Assembly: GCA_949286465.1 (NCBI GenBank)
Contig: CASECI010000029.1
Location: forward strand, 6,105-70,104
Length of the DNA: 64,000 nt
Source: an uncultured Alphaproteobacteria bacterium
Lineage (GTDB): Bacteria; Pseudomonadota; Alphaproteobacteria; CAAHEQ01; UBA3637
Direction: 5' to 3'
In this document: positions 1 through 10,534 of the stretch, in pieces
How the letters are laid out: each line of letters starts with the position of its first letter
How positions within the stretch are numbered: position 1 is the first letter of the stretch
Translations under genes and position numbers: made by a program
The notes under the pieces: generated by a model
Databases searched by the model: none
What the model was told of the DNA's origin: nothing
What the model saw: only the letters and a program-made list of their open reading frames with translations

Positions 1-1650
1 ATGAAAAAGACATTAAGTAAATTATTTAAAGGATGTATGCATGGTCGTACAATGTATGTTATTCCTTTTTCTATGGGACCTTTAGGATCTGATATTGCTC
101 AAATAGGAATTGAAATTACGGACTCTCCTTATGTCGTTGCTAATATGAGAATTATGACAAGAATGGGAGAAAAAGTATGGCCTGTCTTAGGGGAAAAAGG
201 CTTCTTTATTCCATGTTTGCATTCTGTTGGACATCCTCTTAAAGATGGAGAAAAAGATGTTGCTTGGCCATGTAATCCTGAAAATACGTACATTACCCAT
301 TTCCCTGAAACAAGGGAGATTATTTCTTTTGGTTCTGGATACGGTGGTAATGCTCTTTTGGGTAAGAAATGTTTAGCCTTACGTATCGCTTCTAAGATGG
401 CTAAAGATGAAGGCTGGTTAGCTGAACACATGTTGATTGCAGGTATAGAGAACCCTGAGGGAAAAAAGACTTATATTGCGGCAGCTTTTCCAAGTGCATG
501 TGGAAAAACAAATTTGGCAATGTTAATCCCTCCAAAGGCCTTTAAAGGGTGGAAAGTATGGACTGTTGGGGATGATATTGCCTGGATTAAACCTAAAGAT
601 GGTCAATTGTATGCTATTAATCCTGAAGCAGGATTTTTTGGTGTAGCTCCGGGAACATCAGCTAAAACGAATAAAAATGCGATGGAGTCTTGTCGTGCGA
701 ATACAATCTTTACAAATGTTGCTTTGACAGATGATGGAGATGTCTGGTGGGAAGGAATGACAGATGAGGTTCCTGAACACCTTATCGATTGGCAAGGTCA
801 TGATTGGACACCCAAATCGGAAACCCCTGCAGCACATCCAAATAGCCGTTTTACGGCTCCGGCAAGGCAAGACCCAGCGATAGATGCTGATTGGGAAAAT
901 CCAGCAGGAGTCCCTATTTCTGCATTTATCTTTGGAGGACGTTTAGCAACTAATGCACCACTTGTTTATCAATCGTTTAACTGGTCTCATGGTGTTTATT
1001 TAGCGGCTACATTAGGGTCTGAAAAAACAGCAGCTGCTGAAGGGACAATGGGCGAAATTCGTCGAGATCCTTTTGCGATGCTTCCTTTCTGTGGATACAA
1101 TATGGGGGACTATTTTACGCATTGGCTTAATGTTGGTCGTAAATTAAGTAAAATGCCGTTAATTTTTAGAGTAAACTGGTTTAGAAAGGATTCAAAAGGA
1201 CACTTTGTATGGCCCGGATTTGGCGAAAACATGCGCGTTTTGCGTTGGATTGTAGAACGAGTTGAAAATAAAGCCGGTGCTGTAGAGAGCCCGTTAGGTA
1301 TGATGCCAACATATAAAGATATTGATTGGAAAGGATTAGATTTTACCGAAAAGCAATTTATGGATTTAATGGCAGTTGATAAAGTTCAGGGATTAAATGA
1401 GGCTCTGGCTCAACTAACTTACATGAAACAATTTAAGAAGCAATTACCGCCAGAATTCTTAAATGAAGTTTCTTTGTTATCTTTGCGTTTAGCCCGTTCA
1501 AATGAAGTGTGGACTTTACCTAATGAGCCAGGTCTTATTTCTACAAAGAAAACAGCTGCTCGTAAATCTGTTTCTAAGAAGCAAGATGTGAAAAAAGGAA
1601 AAATAAAGAAAAGCACATCCAAGATGGTTAAGAAAACGGTTAAAAAATAA
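1..1650 (+). CDS. pckG: GTP-dependent phosphoenolpyruvate carboxykinase, 5'-truncated by window edge, with Lys-rich C-terminal tail
   Basis: ORF is open at the window start. It carries GTP-PEPCK hallmarks '[20 protein letters not shown]', '[13 protein letters not shown]', 'GDDIAWIKP' and 'NWFRKD'. Family members are about 600 aa, so the N-terminal part lies upstream and the ATG at nt 1 is internal. Confidence 0.93.
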   Translation: MKKTLSKLFKGCMHGRTMYVIPFSMGPLGSDIAQIGIEITDSPYVVANMRIMTRMGEKVWPVLGEKGFFIPCLHSVGHPLKDGEKDVAWPCNPENTYITHFPETREIISFGSGYGGNALLGKKCLALRIASKMAKDEGWLAEHMLIAGIENPEGKKTYIAAAFPSACGKTNLAMLIPPKAFKGWKVWTVGDDIAWIKPKDGQLYAINPEAGFFGVAPGTSAKTNKNAMESCRANTIFTNVALTDDGDVWWEGMTDEVPEHLIDWQGHDWTPKSETPAAHPNSRFTAPARQDPAIDADWENPAGVPISAFIFGGRLATNAPLVYQSFNWSHGVYLAATLGSEKTAAAEGTMGEIRRDPFAMLPFCGYNMGDYFTHWLNVGRKLSKMPLIFRVNWFRKDSKGHFVWPGFGENMRVLRWIVERVENKAGAVESPLGMMPTYKDIDWKGLDFTEKQFMDLMAVDKVQGLNEALAQLTYMKQFKKQLPPEFLNEVSLLSLRLARSNEVWTLPNEPGLISTKKTAARKSVSKKQDVKKGKIKKSTSKMVKKTVKK

Positions 1651-3470
1651 TGACAACTCCGGTCGGTGTAGATATTCTAAAGGCAAAAGTAGCCCTTCTT
1701 CCAGATCGACCGGGGGTCTATCGTATGTTATCCAAAACTGGAAAAGTACTTTATGTAGGGAAGGCTAAGAATCTAAAGAAGAGGGTTGTTTCCTATACAA
1801 AATATGACAGATTACCTGTCCGATTGCAAAGAATGGTGAGCGAAGTCAACGATTTAATTGTTGTTGAAACACCAAATGAAGCAGAAGCTTTTCTGTTAGA
1901 AAATGAACTCATTAAAAAATATCGTCCTTATTATAATATATTACTCAAGGACGATAAGAGTTTTCCTTATATTTTTATGTCAACGAATCATAATTTCCCT
2001 CGCGTAGCGAAGTATCGAGGTTCTCGAGTTGAAAAAGGTGATTACTTCGGACCTTATGCATCGGCGAGTGCTATTAATGAAGCTCTCGCTGTTTTGCAAA
2101 AAGTTTTTTTGTTAAGGACGTGTACGGATTCAATGTTCTCAATTCGGACACGTCCTTGTTTATTGTATCAGATTAAAAGATGTAGTGCTCCTTGTACCGG
2201 AGAAATTTCTAAAGAAGAATATAAAAAGCTTGCTCAGCAAGCGAGAGATTTTATGAATGGAAAAAATTCTACCATTCAGGAAAAGTTAAAAGAACTTATG
2301 TTCCAAGAAAGCAAAAAGGGAAATTATGAAAAGGCTTTGGTATTAAGAGATAGAATTGCAGCTTTAAATCATATGCAATCCTATGCTGATGGGACAACAT
2401 TTGATCATCATATTGATGCTGATTTTATAGCTGTTTATCGCCAAGCAGATCGAGCAGCTATACAAGTTTTCTTTTTCCGCAATGGACAAAATGGGGGAAC
2501 ACATGTTGTGTTTTTAGATGATATTGGAGAACAAACTGAGATAGAATTATTAGAAAGTTTTATTGGACAATTTTATCAAAATATACCTCCTCCTCACGAA
2601 ATTATAATAAGTCATGATTTGCCTTCTCGAAAAGATATTGAAGCGGCGTTGTCTCAAAAATATGGGCATATTGTAAGATTAAATTCTCATGTTAAAGAAG
2701 GGCGTCGGAAGATTTTAAATCAAGCTTTGATGAATGCAAAAGAATCTTTATCAAGGCATTTGAGTGAAATAGGATTACAAACGGATATGCTATCTGAATT
2801 GGCTCAATTAATGAAACTTCCTAAAATAGACAAAGTAGAAGTTTATGATAATAGCCATATTCAGGGAACATCCGCAGTTGGAGCTATGATAGCAGCTGGA
2901 CCTAAAGGTTTTATGAAAAATAAGTATAGACGTTATAACATATTAAAGTCTAAGGCTGGAGATGATTTTGCAATGATGCATGAAGTTTTGACAAGACGTC
3001 TTACGCGAGGAGCTAAAGAAAATGATTTACCAGATGCTATGCTTATTGATGGTGGATTAGGACAGTTAAGTTCAGTCATAGAAACAATGAATGAAGTTGG
3101 CGTTCATGTTCCAGTTATGGGAGTAGCTAAGGGACCGGAACGAGATGCAGGGAAAGAAAAATTGTATTTACCTTATGATTCCAAACCAATCATTTTAGAA
3201 CATAATAGTGCTTTATTATTTTTCATTCAAAGATTGAGAGATGAAGCGCATCGTTTTGCGGTTGGTTCGCACCGATTGAAAAGACAAAAGAACTCTTTAC
3301 GTTCTTCTTTAGATGAGATAGAAGGTATTGGGAGTGTGCGTAGGAAAGCTCTGCTAACACATTTTGGTTCTCCTCGAGCAGTATTAGAAGCTTCTATATC
3401 GGAATTGATGCAGGTAGCGGGCATTTCAGAAAATATTGCAAAAAAAATCTATACATTTTCACACAAATGA
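1650..3470 (+). CDS. uvrC: excinuclease ABC subunit C
   Basis: GIY-YIG motif 'GVYRMLSKTGKVLYVGKAKNLKKRV', UVR-like 'YEKALVLRDRIAAL' and C-terminal HhH 'IEGIGSVRRKALLTHFGS'. The ATG overlaps the pckG stop (TAATG). Confidence 0.95.
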   Translation: MTTPVGVDILKAKVALLPDRPGVYRMLSKTGKVLYVGKAKNLKKRVVSYTKYDRLPVRLQRMVSEVNDLIVVETPNEAEAFLLENELIKKYRPYYNILLKDDKSFPYIFMSTNHNFPRVAKYRGSRVEKGDYFGPYASASAINEALAVLQKVFLLRTCTDSMFSIRTRPCLLYQIKRCSAPCTGEISKEEYKKLAQQARDFMNGKNSTIQEKLKELMFQESKKGNYEKALVLRDRIAALNHMQSYADGTTFDHHIDADFIAVYRQADRAAIQVFFFRNGQNGGTHVVFLDDIGEQTEIELLESFIGQFYQNIPPPHEIIISHDLPSRKDIEAALSQKYGHIVRLNSHVKEGRRKILNQALMNAKESLSRHLSEIGLQTDMLSELAQLMKLPKIDKVEVYDNSHIQGTSAVGAMIAAGPKGFMKNKYRRYNILKSKAGDDFAMMHEVLTRRLTRGAKENDLPDAMLIDGGLGQLSSVIETMNEVGVHVPVMGVAKGPERDAGKEKLYLPYDSKPIILEHNSALLFFIQRLRDEAHRFAVGSHRLKRQKNSLRSSLDEIEGIGSVRRKALLTHFGSPRAVLEASISELMQVAGISENIAKKIYTFSHK

Positions 3471-3507
3471 GTATGATGTTAATCAGAAATATAAAGTGGA
3501 GATTCAA

Positions 3508-4080
3508 ATGAAAAAGAAAGTAAATATTCCAAACTTATTAACGATTGGTCGTATTTGGGCTATTCCTTTAATTGTTGCGACCTTCTTTTTTGACGGACCT
3601 ATTTCTGCATGGACAGGGGTTGTCTTGTTTGCATTAGCTGGAATTACTGATTATATGGATGGATATTTAGCCCGACACTTAAATCAAGTTTCTAGATTTG
3701 GTCGAGTTTTGGATCCTATTGCCGATAAGCTACTTGTTGGAGCAATTTTGCTGATGTTAGCCTATACAGAACGTTTGGAAGTTTTCGCGATTATTCCGGC
3801 TGTTATTATTATGTGTCGGGAAATTTTAGTCTCTGGACTTCGTGAATTTTTAGCCGAAATTAAAGTTGGCTTGCCTGTTACAAAGTTAGCAAAATGGAAA
3901 ACAACATTTCAGATGATTGCTCTTCCAGTCTTAATGGTTTCTAAACCAGGGGAGGCCCCTGCTTTTCTACATTTAGATTGGGTTGGCGCAATTGCCTTAT
4001 GGTTTGCCGCCATTATGACAGTTATTACAGGTTATGATTATTGGAAATCAGGTTCTAAGTATTTAAACGAAGAAAAATAA
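3508..4080 (+). CDS. pgsA: CDP-diacylglycerol--glycerol-3-phosphate 3-phosphatidyltransferase
   Basis: CDP-alcohol phosphatidyltransferase motif 'DGYLAR...FGRVLDPIADK' and several TM helices. I chose the internal ATG at 3508, preceded by GGAG. The track ORF start at 3436 would overlap uvrC. Confidence 0.85.
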   Translation: MKKKVNIPNLLTIGRIWAIPLIVATFFFDGPISAWTGVVLFALAGITDYMDGYLARHLNQVSRFGRVLDPIADKLLVGAILLMLAYTERLEVFAIIPAVIIMCREILVSGLREFLAEIKVGLPVTKLAKWKTTFQMIALPVLMVSKPGEAPAFLHLDWVGAIALWFAAIMTVITGYDYWKSGSKYLNEEK

Positions 4081-4130
4081 ATAATAAAATAACAGAACAA
4101 AAGGTATTCTTTGTCATATCTATAGGAAGT

Positions 4131-4922
4131 TTATTTAAGTCCTAATTCGTCCATTTTTTGACGGATGGATAAGATATCTTTCCAAGCTAAACGTTTTTGA
4201 ATGGGGTTCCTTAATAAAAAGGCTGTGTGTAAAATAGGAATAGCTGGAATAGGACTATTTAAGTTTGGCGTTTGGTAAGTTATCCAATTCCCCCTCATCT
4301 TCATAATGCCAGAGCTTGAACCTGTTAGAGAACTGGTTGAGACGCCTCCAATCATAACTAAAATTTTAGGATGTAACAACTCTATGTGACGTTCTATAAA
4401 CGGCATACATAAAGAAATTTCTGAACTGGAAGGATTTCGATTTCCTGGGGGACGCCAAGGAATAATATTTGTTATATAAACATTCTTTTCTCTGGATAAC
4501 CCAACAGAAGACATAATTTTATCTAATAACTGACCGCTAACCCCAACAAAAGGGCGTCCTAAACGATCTTCGTCTGCTCCGGGAGCTTCTCCAACAAACA
4601 TAATGGGAGCGTTTGTAGGACCTTCACCAAAAACTGTATTTTTAGCTGTTTTTTTGAGTGCACATCCATTGAAGTTTAAAACAGCTTCTTTTAGCTCGTC
4701 TAATGTTTGCGCAGATTGAGCAAGGTTTACTGCCGTTTGAAGTAAATTATCTGGAAGTTGCTCTTGCTTTTCTGGGATAGATGCTGTCGTAGGAGATAGG
4801 ATGCTTTTTCTTAATAAGATTTTTTCTTCTGGTTTATTGAAACGATTAATCGGATGCTCTCCGATTGTTTCTGTTACACCAGATGTTATATACCACTCTA
4901 AAATTTCTTTTTTCGAACTCAT
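4131..4922 (-). CDS. uracil-DNA glycosylase, family 4
   Basis: Family-4 UDG motif A 'GEGPTNAPIMFVGEAPGADEDRLGRPFVGVSGQLL' and later 'HPKILVMIGGVS'. Confidence 0.85.
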   Translation of the reverse strand: MSSKKEILEWYITSGVTETIGEHPINRFNKPEEKILLRKSILSPTTASIPEKQEQLPDNLLQTAVNLAQSAQTLDELKEAVLNFNGCALKKTAKNTVFGEGPTNAPIMFVGEAPGADEDRLGRPFVGVSGQLLDKIMSSVGLSREKNVYITNIIPWRPPGNRNPSSSEISLCMPFIERHIELLHPKILVMIGGVSTSSLTGSSSGIMKMRGNWITYQTPNLNSPIPAIPILHTAFLLRNPIQKRLAWKDILSIRQKMDELGLK

Positions 4923-5027
4923 TTTTTATTTTTTTAAGAAAAATCTGTATTTCAATTTATTTTTCTCTATACTATACAAGGTTTTTTTGAAAATGACGAG
5001 TCTAAAATAGAAAAAGTGTTTTATGAA

Positions 5028-6812
5028 ATGAAGAAAAGAACCGTTTTTTTGTTGGGGCTGATAAGTATTATCTTATCCGCATGTGTCTATTTTTCTGTTC
5101 CTAAAGAAAAAATAGAAACTTCTTCTGTTCAAACAGAAGAAAGTATGAGTGAAATGGATCAAGCTTTTTATGCGGTGGTAGGAAATAGAGCTTATAGAGA
5201 GCCTCCTCAGGATGCCGCTTTTGGAGACTTTCTAGCAGCTTCTTTTGCAAAAACACAAAATGATTTCAGTAAATCAGCGGTCTCTTATGCAAAGGCTCTT
5301 GAGAAAGATCCAGAATCTCCTGATTTGTTGGAAAATACCTATTTGATGTATGTCTTAGCCGGAAATGTTCAAGAGGCTGTTCCTTTCGCTGCTATGGCTG
5401 CAGAGAAAAATCCTCAAAATATTCTTCCTAAGCTTGTTTTATTTTCTGATCTGATTTTACGCAAAGAATATTCTTTAGCTCATGATCTGCTAAATCAACA
5501 GAAAGAGAATATGGGAAATGAATTTTTTGACGTTTCTCTATATCCTTTACTGAATGCATGGGTATACGTCGGGGAAAATAATCAAAAAAAGGCTATTTTG
5601 TCTTTGAAGCCATTGCTCGAAGTTAAAGGGCTTGAAAGTATTTATTATTTACATGAAGGCCTTATTTTAGATTATTTTGGCGAAAATGCTAAAGCGACTG
5701 CAGCTTATACTAAGTTGGAAAAATCTCCGGATGGGCAGTCTCTTAGAAGTATGATGGTTATGTATGATTTTTATCGGAGGCTTAATTTACTTAATCAGAA
5801 AGAAGAATTCTTAAAAGCATATCAAACAACACAGAACTCTAGTTTTGTCTCAAAAGATATGATGACAAATCCAAAAGAAAAATATCGTGCGTTAAGTGCT
5901 GCTGATGGTATTTCTATGGTTTTCTTTGATATCGGAAGTTTTGTGAGCCAAACAGAAAATTATGAAACTGCACTCTATTTAATTCAATTAGCTATTTATT
6001 TAAATCCAGAATCTTCTATTAATAAATTATTTTTAGGAGAAGTCTTAGAAGCTATGGGACAATATCAAATGGCAAATGTTGTCTATCGTTCCTTTCCTAA
6101 AGGGAAAGATTTGTATAGATCCATGCAATTGAGATTGGTTTTAAGCTTACAAAAAATAGGTCAGCTTAATGAAGCTAAAAATGAATTAATTCATCTTATT
6201 CAAGAATATCCGAATATTCCTCTTTATTATATGACTTTGGGAGATGTTTATAGAGATATGGAGGAATATCAGAAATCTCTCAAGGCATATGAAAAAGCTT
6301 TTGATACATTTCAGTTAAAAGAAGATCCTCAAGCAGCAATATTATACTTTAATATGGCGGTTTGTTATGAACAACTTGGTGATATAGAGAAAACGGATGA
6401 ATTGCTTCAAAAAGCGGTTTCTCTTGATGGAAAGAACCCTATTTATCTTAATTATTTAGGATATACATGGGTAGAAAGAAATAAAAATTTACAGCAAGCA
6501 TTACAGATGATTCAAGATGCTGTAAAACAAGCTCCAAATGATGGAAATTTACTGGATAGCTTGGGTTGGGCTTATTATACTATCGGGGATTATGAGGCTG
6601 CTTTACCTGTTTTAGAAAAAGCTGTAGAATACGAAGCCGGAAATGCGGTTATAAATGATCACTTGGGGGATGTTTATTGGCGCTTAGGACGGTATAGAGA
6701 TGCTCGATTTCAATGGGAGCATGCTCGTTCTTTAAAACAAAATAATACAGAAAAACGACGTGAACAACTTTCTGAAAAAATAGAAAAGGGATTACCACCT
6801 ATTCATAAATAA
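5028..6812 (+). CDS. TPR-repeat lipoprotein
   Basis: Signal peptide with lipobox 'IILSAC'. Repeated TPR-like units, e.g. 'YLNYLGYTWVERNKNLQQALQMIQDAVKQAPND' and 'LGDVYWRLGRYRDARFQWEHA'. The ATG at 5028 is preferred over the upstream GTG at 5016. Confidence 0.7.
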   Translation: MKKRTVFLLGLISIILSACVYFSVPKEKIETSSVQTEESMSEMDQAFYAVVGNRAYREPPQDAAFGDFLAASFAKTQNDFSKSAVSYAKALEKDPESPDLLENTYLMYVLAGNVQEAVPFAAMAAEKNPQNILPKLVLFSDLILRKEYSLAHDLLNQQKENMGNEFFDVSLYPLLNAWVYVGENNQKKAILSLKPLLEVKGLESIYYLHEGLILDYFGENAKATAAYTKLEKSPDGQSLRSMMVMYDFYRRLNLLNQKEEFLKAYQTTQNSSFVSKDMMTNPKEKYRALSAADGISMVFFDIGSFVSQTENYETALYLIQLAIYLNPESSINKLFLGEVLEAMGQYQMANVVYRSFPKGKDLYRSMQLRLVLSLQKIGQLNEAKNELIHLIQEYPNIPLYYMTLGDVYRDMEEYQKSLKAYEKAFDTFQLKEDPQAAILYFNMAVCYEQLGDIEKTDELLQKAVSLDGKNPIYLNYLGYTWVERNKNLQQALQMIQDAVKQAPNDGNLLDSLGWAYYTIGDYEAALPVLEKAVEYEAGNAVINDHLGDVYWRLGRYRDARFQWEHARSLKQNNTEKRREQLSEKIEKGLPPIHK

Positions 6813-6824
6813 ACCCATTTTTGT

Positions 6825-7907
6825 TTATGTTGGTTCAAGACCAGGAAGGTACGCTTCGATAATTTTATTTTTTATTTCTTGAGAAGGTGTAGAAGAGGTT
6901 ATTTTACGCAGTGGTGTTGGTTCATTAAAGTTAAATTCTCCTTGTATTGCAATTAAGGTCTCTTTAACACTGTGGACAGCATTTTGTACAACTTCAGTTG
7001 TCGCTTGAACGGTTTTTCCTAGGGATGCTTTAGCAGAGGAGATATGGTGTGGTGCCATATAGAAAACGTAACTTAGATTTTCTCTTTCTTTTTCATGTTC
7101 AATTAAACTCAATCGATTTAAGCGGTTTTCTAAGTACTTTTGAGAATGTACAAAATTAATAGCTTGTGTGTAATCTTTATCATTTTCAAAAGTTTGGATG
7201 AAGTCAAACATTGATTTTATTTCATAAGGAGAACTTTTTTGACACATAATAGAAAAGACGTTTTCACCTTGACTGTCTTGATGTGTGAGTAAAGAAATCA
7301 TTTTTTCATGGGGGATATCGGTTAGACAAGGGATTTTCTTTGTAGAATGTAATTGAGGAGTAAGTTTTAAATAGTATAGAAGAGGCGTATCTTGGGTATC
7401 TTCTAATCCTAAATCTTTATAATGAGGTATAAAAGTTAAAGAAGCGCCAGCTTGAACAAGTTTCATTCCTAAATCGAAGTTATCTCGAGGTGCTGCAAAA
7501 GCCATTAAGGCCATACTTAATTGATCTTCTTTTTTGAGGCAGGATTTCCATCCTTTATGGCGGTAAAATAGGACAGCATCAATGAGATATGGATTATTTT
7601 TTTCTATGGCAAGGTGCAAAAGATCCTTTGGATTTTGGGAATTAGGAACGAAATATGCAAGGTCTGGATTTTCATAAATTAAGTGGCTAAGACAATATAA
7701 GCTAATGTTTCGGAGTTGTCCGTTTAAAGTAGGTTTTGTCGCTTCTTGCATTAAGTTGGTTGCTTTGTTATAGAGACAAACGAGCGTTTCTTTTTCAGGA
7801 TACGTTTCGGAGTCAAAGGGAGCCAAAGCATAATAGGCTTTTATTAAAGCTTGCTGAAATCGAGCATCCATACATGGAATAAGTTCTTGCTGTTTTGAAT
7901 CAGTCAT
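6825..7907 (-). CDS. hypothetical protein with degenerate ankyrin-like repeats
   Basis: 360-aa ORF with SD AAGGAG upstream. Weak ANK-like units ('DLLHLAIEKNNPYLIDAVL', 'DNFDLGMKLVQAGASL', 'DTPLLYYLK', 'GENVFSIMCQK'). No catalytic motif recognised. Confidence 0.55.
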   Translation of the reverse strand: MTDSKQQELIPCMDARFQQALIKAYYALAPFDSETYPEKETLVCLYNKATNLMQEATKPTLNGQLRNISLYCLSHLIYENPDLAYFVPNSQNPKDLLHLAIEKNNPYLIDAVLFYRHKGWKSCLKKEDQLSMALMAFAAPRDNFDLGMKLVQAGASLTFIPHYKDLGLEDTQDTPLLYYLKLTPQLHSTKKIPCLTDIPHEKMISLLTHQDSQGENVFSIMCQKSSPYEIKSMFDFIQTFENDKDYTQAINFVHSQKYLENRLNRLSLIEHEKERENLSYVFYMAPHHISSAKASLGKTVQATTEVVQNAVHSVKETLIAIQGEFNFNEPTPLRKITSSTPSQEIKNKIIEAYLPGLEPT

Positions 7908-8059
7908 AAAAACTCTCCTTTTTTTACATTATATAGAAAATTCTATAAAATGTCAAATAGTTAAAGGAATAACTCTGAAGGTTTTAAAATATGTTTTGTA
8001 TCTTTCTTTATTATTTGTTAAACTTTTTCAAGTAGTCTTAGTCCTTAAGGAGTTATCAG

Positions 8060-10534
8060 GTGGTGACGCAAATAAATGATGTCTCAGATGCTTTAATTGT
8101 TATTAATGAGCGAGGAGTTATTCTTAGAATTAATCCTGTTGCAGCATCTTTATTTGATTATCACGCAGAAGAGTTAATAGGAAAACACATAAAAACAATA
8201 TTGCCTCCGACGAATCAAAATCCAACAGAAGAAAAAGGTGTTGTTTTCGAAGTCTTAAAAGGACAAATGGAGTCAGTTTACAAAAAAGGTTTAAAGAAAA
8301 ATGGTTTTTCTTTTCCAATAGATTTATTTGTTGTTCCTAATATGGACGGAAGCTATACATGTGTTGTTAAGGATGATACGTCTCGTTTTTTCCATGAGCA
8401 AATAGAGACAATGGCTAATGTTGTTTTAAGGCGCGTTCTTATCGGAGAAGGTTTAGAACACTTTGCCGCTTTTATTTTAGAGCAATTACAAGAAGTTTTC
8501 CCTTTTCCTCTCATGTGGATCGGGCAATATGAAAAAGAAGAGCAGGGTGTTTTGGTTATGTCTTCTTTGGGCGTATTATCACAAATGGCGTCTCCGCGCA
8601 CACTTTTTACACATACGGACAAAGCAGTTCATCCAGCTGTATTAGCTTGCGAAAGGATGACAACAGTTTCTGATGAAGTAGCAGATGAGAACGGTAATCT
8701 CTATAAAATGATAGCGTTCCCATTCTTGTCAAAAAAAGATGTTGTTGGTGTTTTAACGGTTTTATCTCCTAAAGAGCAAATGAATCATATTGTCTTAAAT
8801 CGGTTTGAAAATATAGCTCTTCGGCTTGGAATGATATTACAAATTTCAGAAGATCAAAAATTTTTAAGATTGCTGAGTACTGCTATTTCATCAGCAATGA
8901 ATGCTGTATTTATCACGGAACAACATGGAAAAATTATTTGGGTTAATGAGGCTTTTACTCATTTGACGGGCTACACTTTTGAGGAAAGTGTTGGTAAAAA
9001 TCCTAGTTTTTTATATTCAGGTCTTCAGCCGCCAGAATTTTACAAAGAAATGTGGCATACGATAAAATCGGGTCGTTCCTGGCGAGGAGAACTTGTAGAT
9101 AGACATAAAGACGGCTCTCTATTTACAATAGAGCAAATGATTACGCCAATTTTAGACTATGAGGGACGAGTTACACATTATGTTGCCGTATATGATGATT
9201 TAACGGCAAGGAAAGATGCTGAAGGTAAGATTATGCATCTTTCTAATTATGATCAATTAACAGGTCTTCCTAATCGGTCTCTTTTCCATGAGAAATTGAA
9301 GCAAATTATTTTAAAAGCGTCTAAGGTTAATGAATGTATAGCTGTTTTATTTGTAGATATATCAAGCTTTAATCGAGTGAATGATACACTTGGTCATGCT
9401 GCTGGTGATCAAATTTTGAAGATAATGGCAGACCGAGTGATTGGTTGCGTGACATCTAAAGACTGGGTTGCTCGTATTGATGGAGATGAGTTTGCTATTA
9501 TCCTGCGTGATATTCAACAACCAGACGAGGCTGGAGATATAGCTCACCAAATCATTCGTCAAATACAAGAGCCAATTAAAATGGATAAAGATGAAATCGT
9601 TTTAGGTGGATGTGCAGGGATTTCTATTTTCCCTTATGACACAAGGGATTCTGAAAAACTTATAAATTATGCAGATATGAGCTTATTTAAAGCTAAAAAA
9701 GCTGGTCCTAATTCATATTTTTTCTTTTCTCAACAATTAAATACGGAAATAGAGGAGAGATTAAAATTAGAGCAAGATATGCGGAAGGCTCTTATACAAA
9801 ATGAATTCTTTTTAAACTATCAACCTCAGGTAGATCTGAAAACGGGGCACGTAAGTGGATGGGAAGCACTCGTTCGTTGGAGGCATCCTCAAAAAGGGCT
9901 TATTTCCCCTAACTTATTTATTTCCGCGGCAGAAGATACAGGATTAATTGTTCCTTTGTTTACTTTTGTAATGGAAGAAGCTGTGAAACAATTGAAATCT
10001 TGGAATAAGATGGGGTATAAGGATATGACAATGGCCGTGAATATGTCATCGGCTCAGTTTGAAGATAGAGACTTTTTAGAGACAATTCAGAAAGTTTTAA
10101 AAAAGTATCGCGTCCGTTCAAAAACTTTTGAATTAGAACTAACAGAATCTCTTTTAATGAAGGATGCTCGAAAAGCTCAAGAGATATTATGCTTACTTTC
10201 TGAGAGTGGTATTCGTATTGCAGTGGATGATTTTGGGACAGGCTACTCGTCTTTAAATTACTTGCATCGATTCCCTGTAAATAAGTTAAAAATAGATCGT
10301 TCTTTTGTGAAAGATATTATTTCAGATAAAGAAAACATAGCCATTGTGAAAGCAATTATCAGTTTAGGTCATATTCTAGGGTTAGAAGTTGTTGCAGAAG
10401 GTGTAGAAGATGCTAAACAATTACATCTACTGAAACGATTAGGGTGTGATTCGATTCAAGGATTTTATTTAGGAGTTCCTATGTCTCCGGAAGATGCGAC
10501 TTTATTTTTGCAAAAGAAGAACAAAAAGAGCTAA
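8060..10534 (+). CDS. PAS/PAS-GGDEF-EAL c-di-GMP signalling protein (likely phosphodiesterase; GGDEF motif is 'DGDEF')
   Basis: GTG start after AAGGAG. PAS-like segments such as 'FITEQHGKIIWVNEAFTHLTGYTFEE'. GGDEF domain with 'DQLTGLPNR' and 'RIDGDEF'. EAL domain intact: 'EALVRW', 'ELTES', 'DDFGTGYSSL', 'KIDRSF', 'AEGVE'. Confidence 0.9.
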   Translation: MVTQINDVSDALIVINERGVILRINPVAASLFDYHAEELIGKHIKTILPPTNQNPTEEKGVVFEVLKGQMESVYKKGLKKNGFSFPIDLFVVPNMDGSYTCVVKDDTSRFFHEQIETMANVVLRRVLIGEGLEHFAAFILEQLQEVFPFPLMWIGQYEKEEQGVLVMSSLGVLSQMASPRTLFTHTDKAVHPAVLACERMTTVSDEVADENGNLYKMIAFPFLSKKDVVGVLTVLSPKEQMNHIVLNRFENIALRLGMILQISEDQKFLRLLSTAISSAMNAVFITEQHGKIIWVNEAFTHLTGYTFEESVGKNPSFLYSGLQPPEFYKEMWHTIKSGRSWRGELVDRHKDGSLFTIEQMITPILDYEGRVTHYVAVYDDLTARKDAEGKIMHLSNYDQLTGLPNRSLFHEKLKQIILKASKVNECIAVLFVDISSFNRVNDTLGHAAGDQILKIMADRVIGCVTSKDWVARIDGDEFAIILRDIQQPDEAGDIAHQIIRQIQEPIKMDKDEIVLGGCAGISIFPYDTRDSEKLINYADMSLFKAKKAGPNSYFFFSQQLNTEIEERLKLEQDMRKALIQNEFFLNYQPQVDLKTGHVSGWEALVRWRHPQKGLISPNLFISAAEDTGLIVPLFTFVMEEAVKQLKSWNKMGYKDMTMAVNMSSAQFEDRDFLETIQKVLKKYRVRSKTFELELTESLLMKDARKAQEILCLLSESGIRIAVDDFGTGYSSLNYLHRFPVNKLKIDRSFVKDIISDKENIAIVKAIISLGHILGLEVVAEGVEDAKQLHLLKRLGCDSIQGFYLGVPMSPEDATLFLQKKNKKS

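Noticed and set aside
129-431. Antisense or alternate-frame ORFs of 60-115 aa nested inside well-supported genes (for example 129-431, 13084-13410, 36792-37139, 45758-46078, 20549-20827, 28023-28319 and 30144-30416).
   Set aside because: Each lies wholly within a longer ORF with strong family motifs on the other strand or frame. Their products are low-complexity or Cys/Ser/Leu-rich, as expected from AT-rich antisense translation. I saw no SD motifs.
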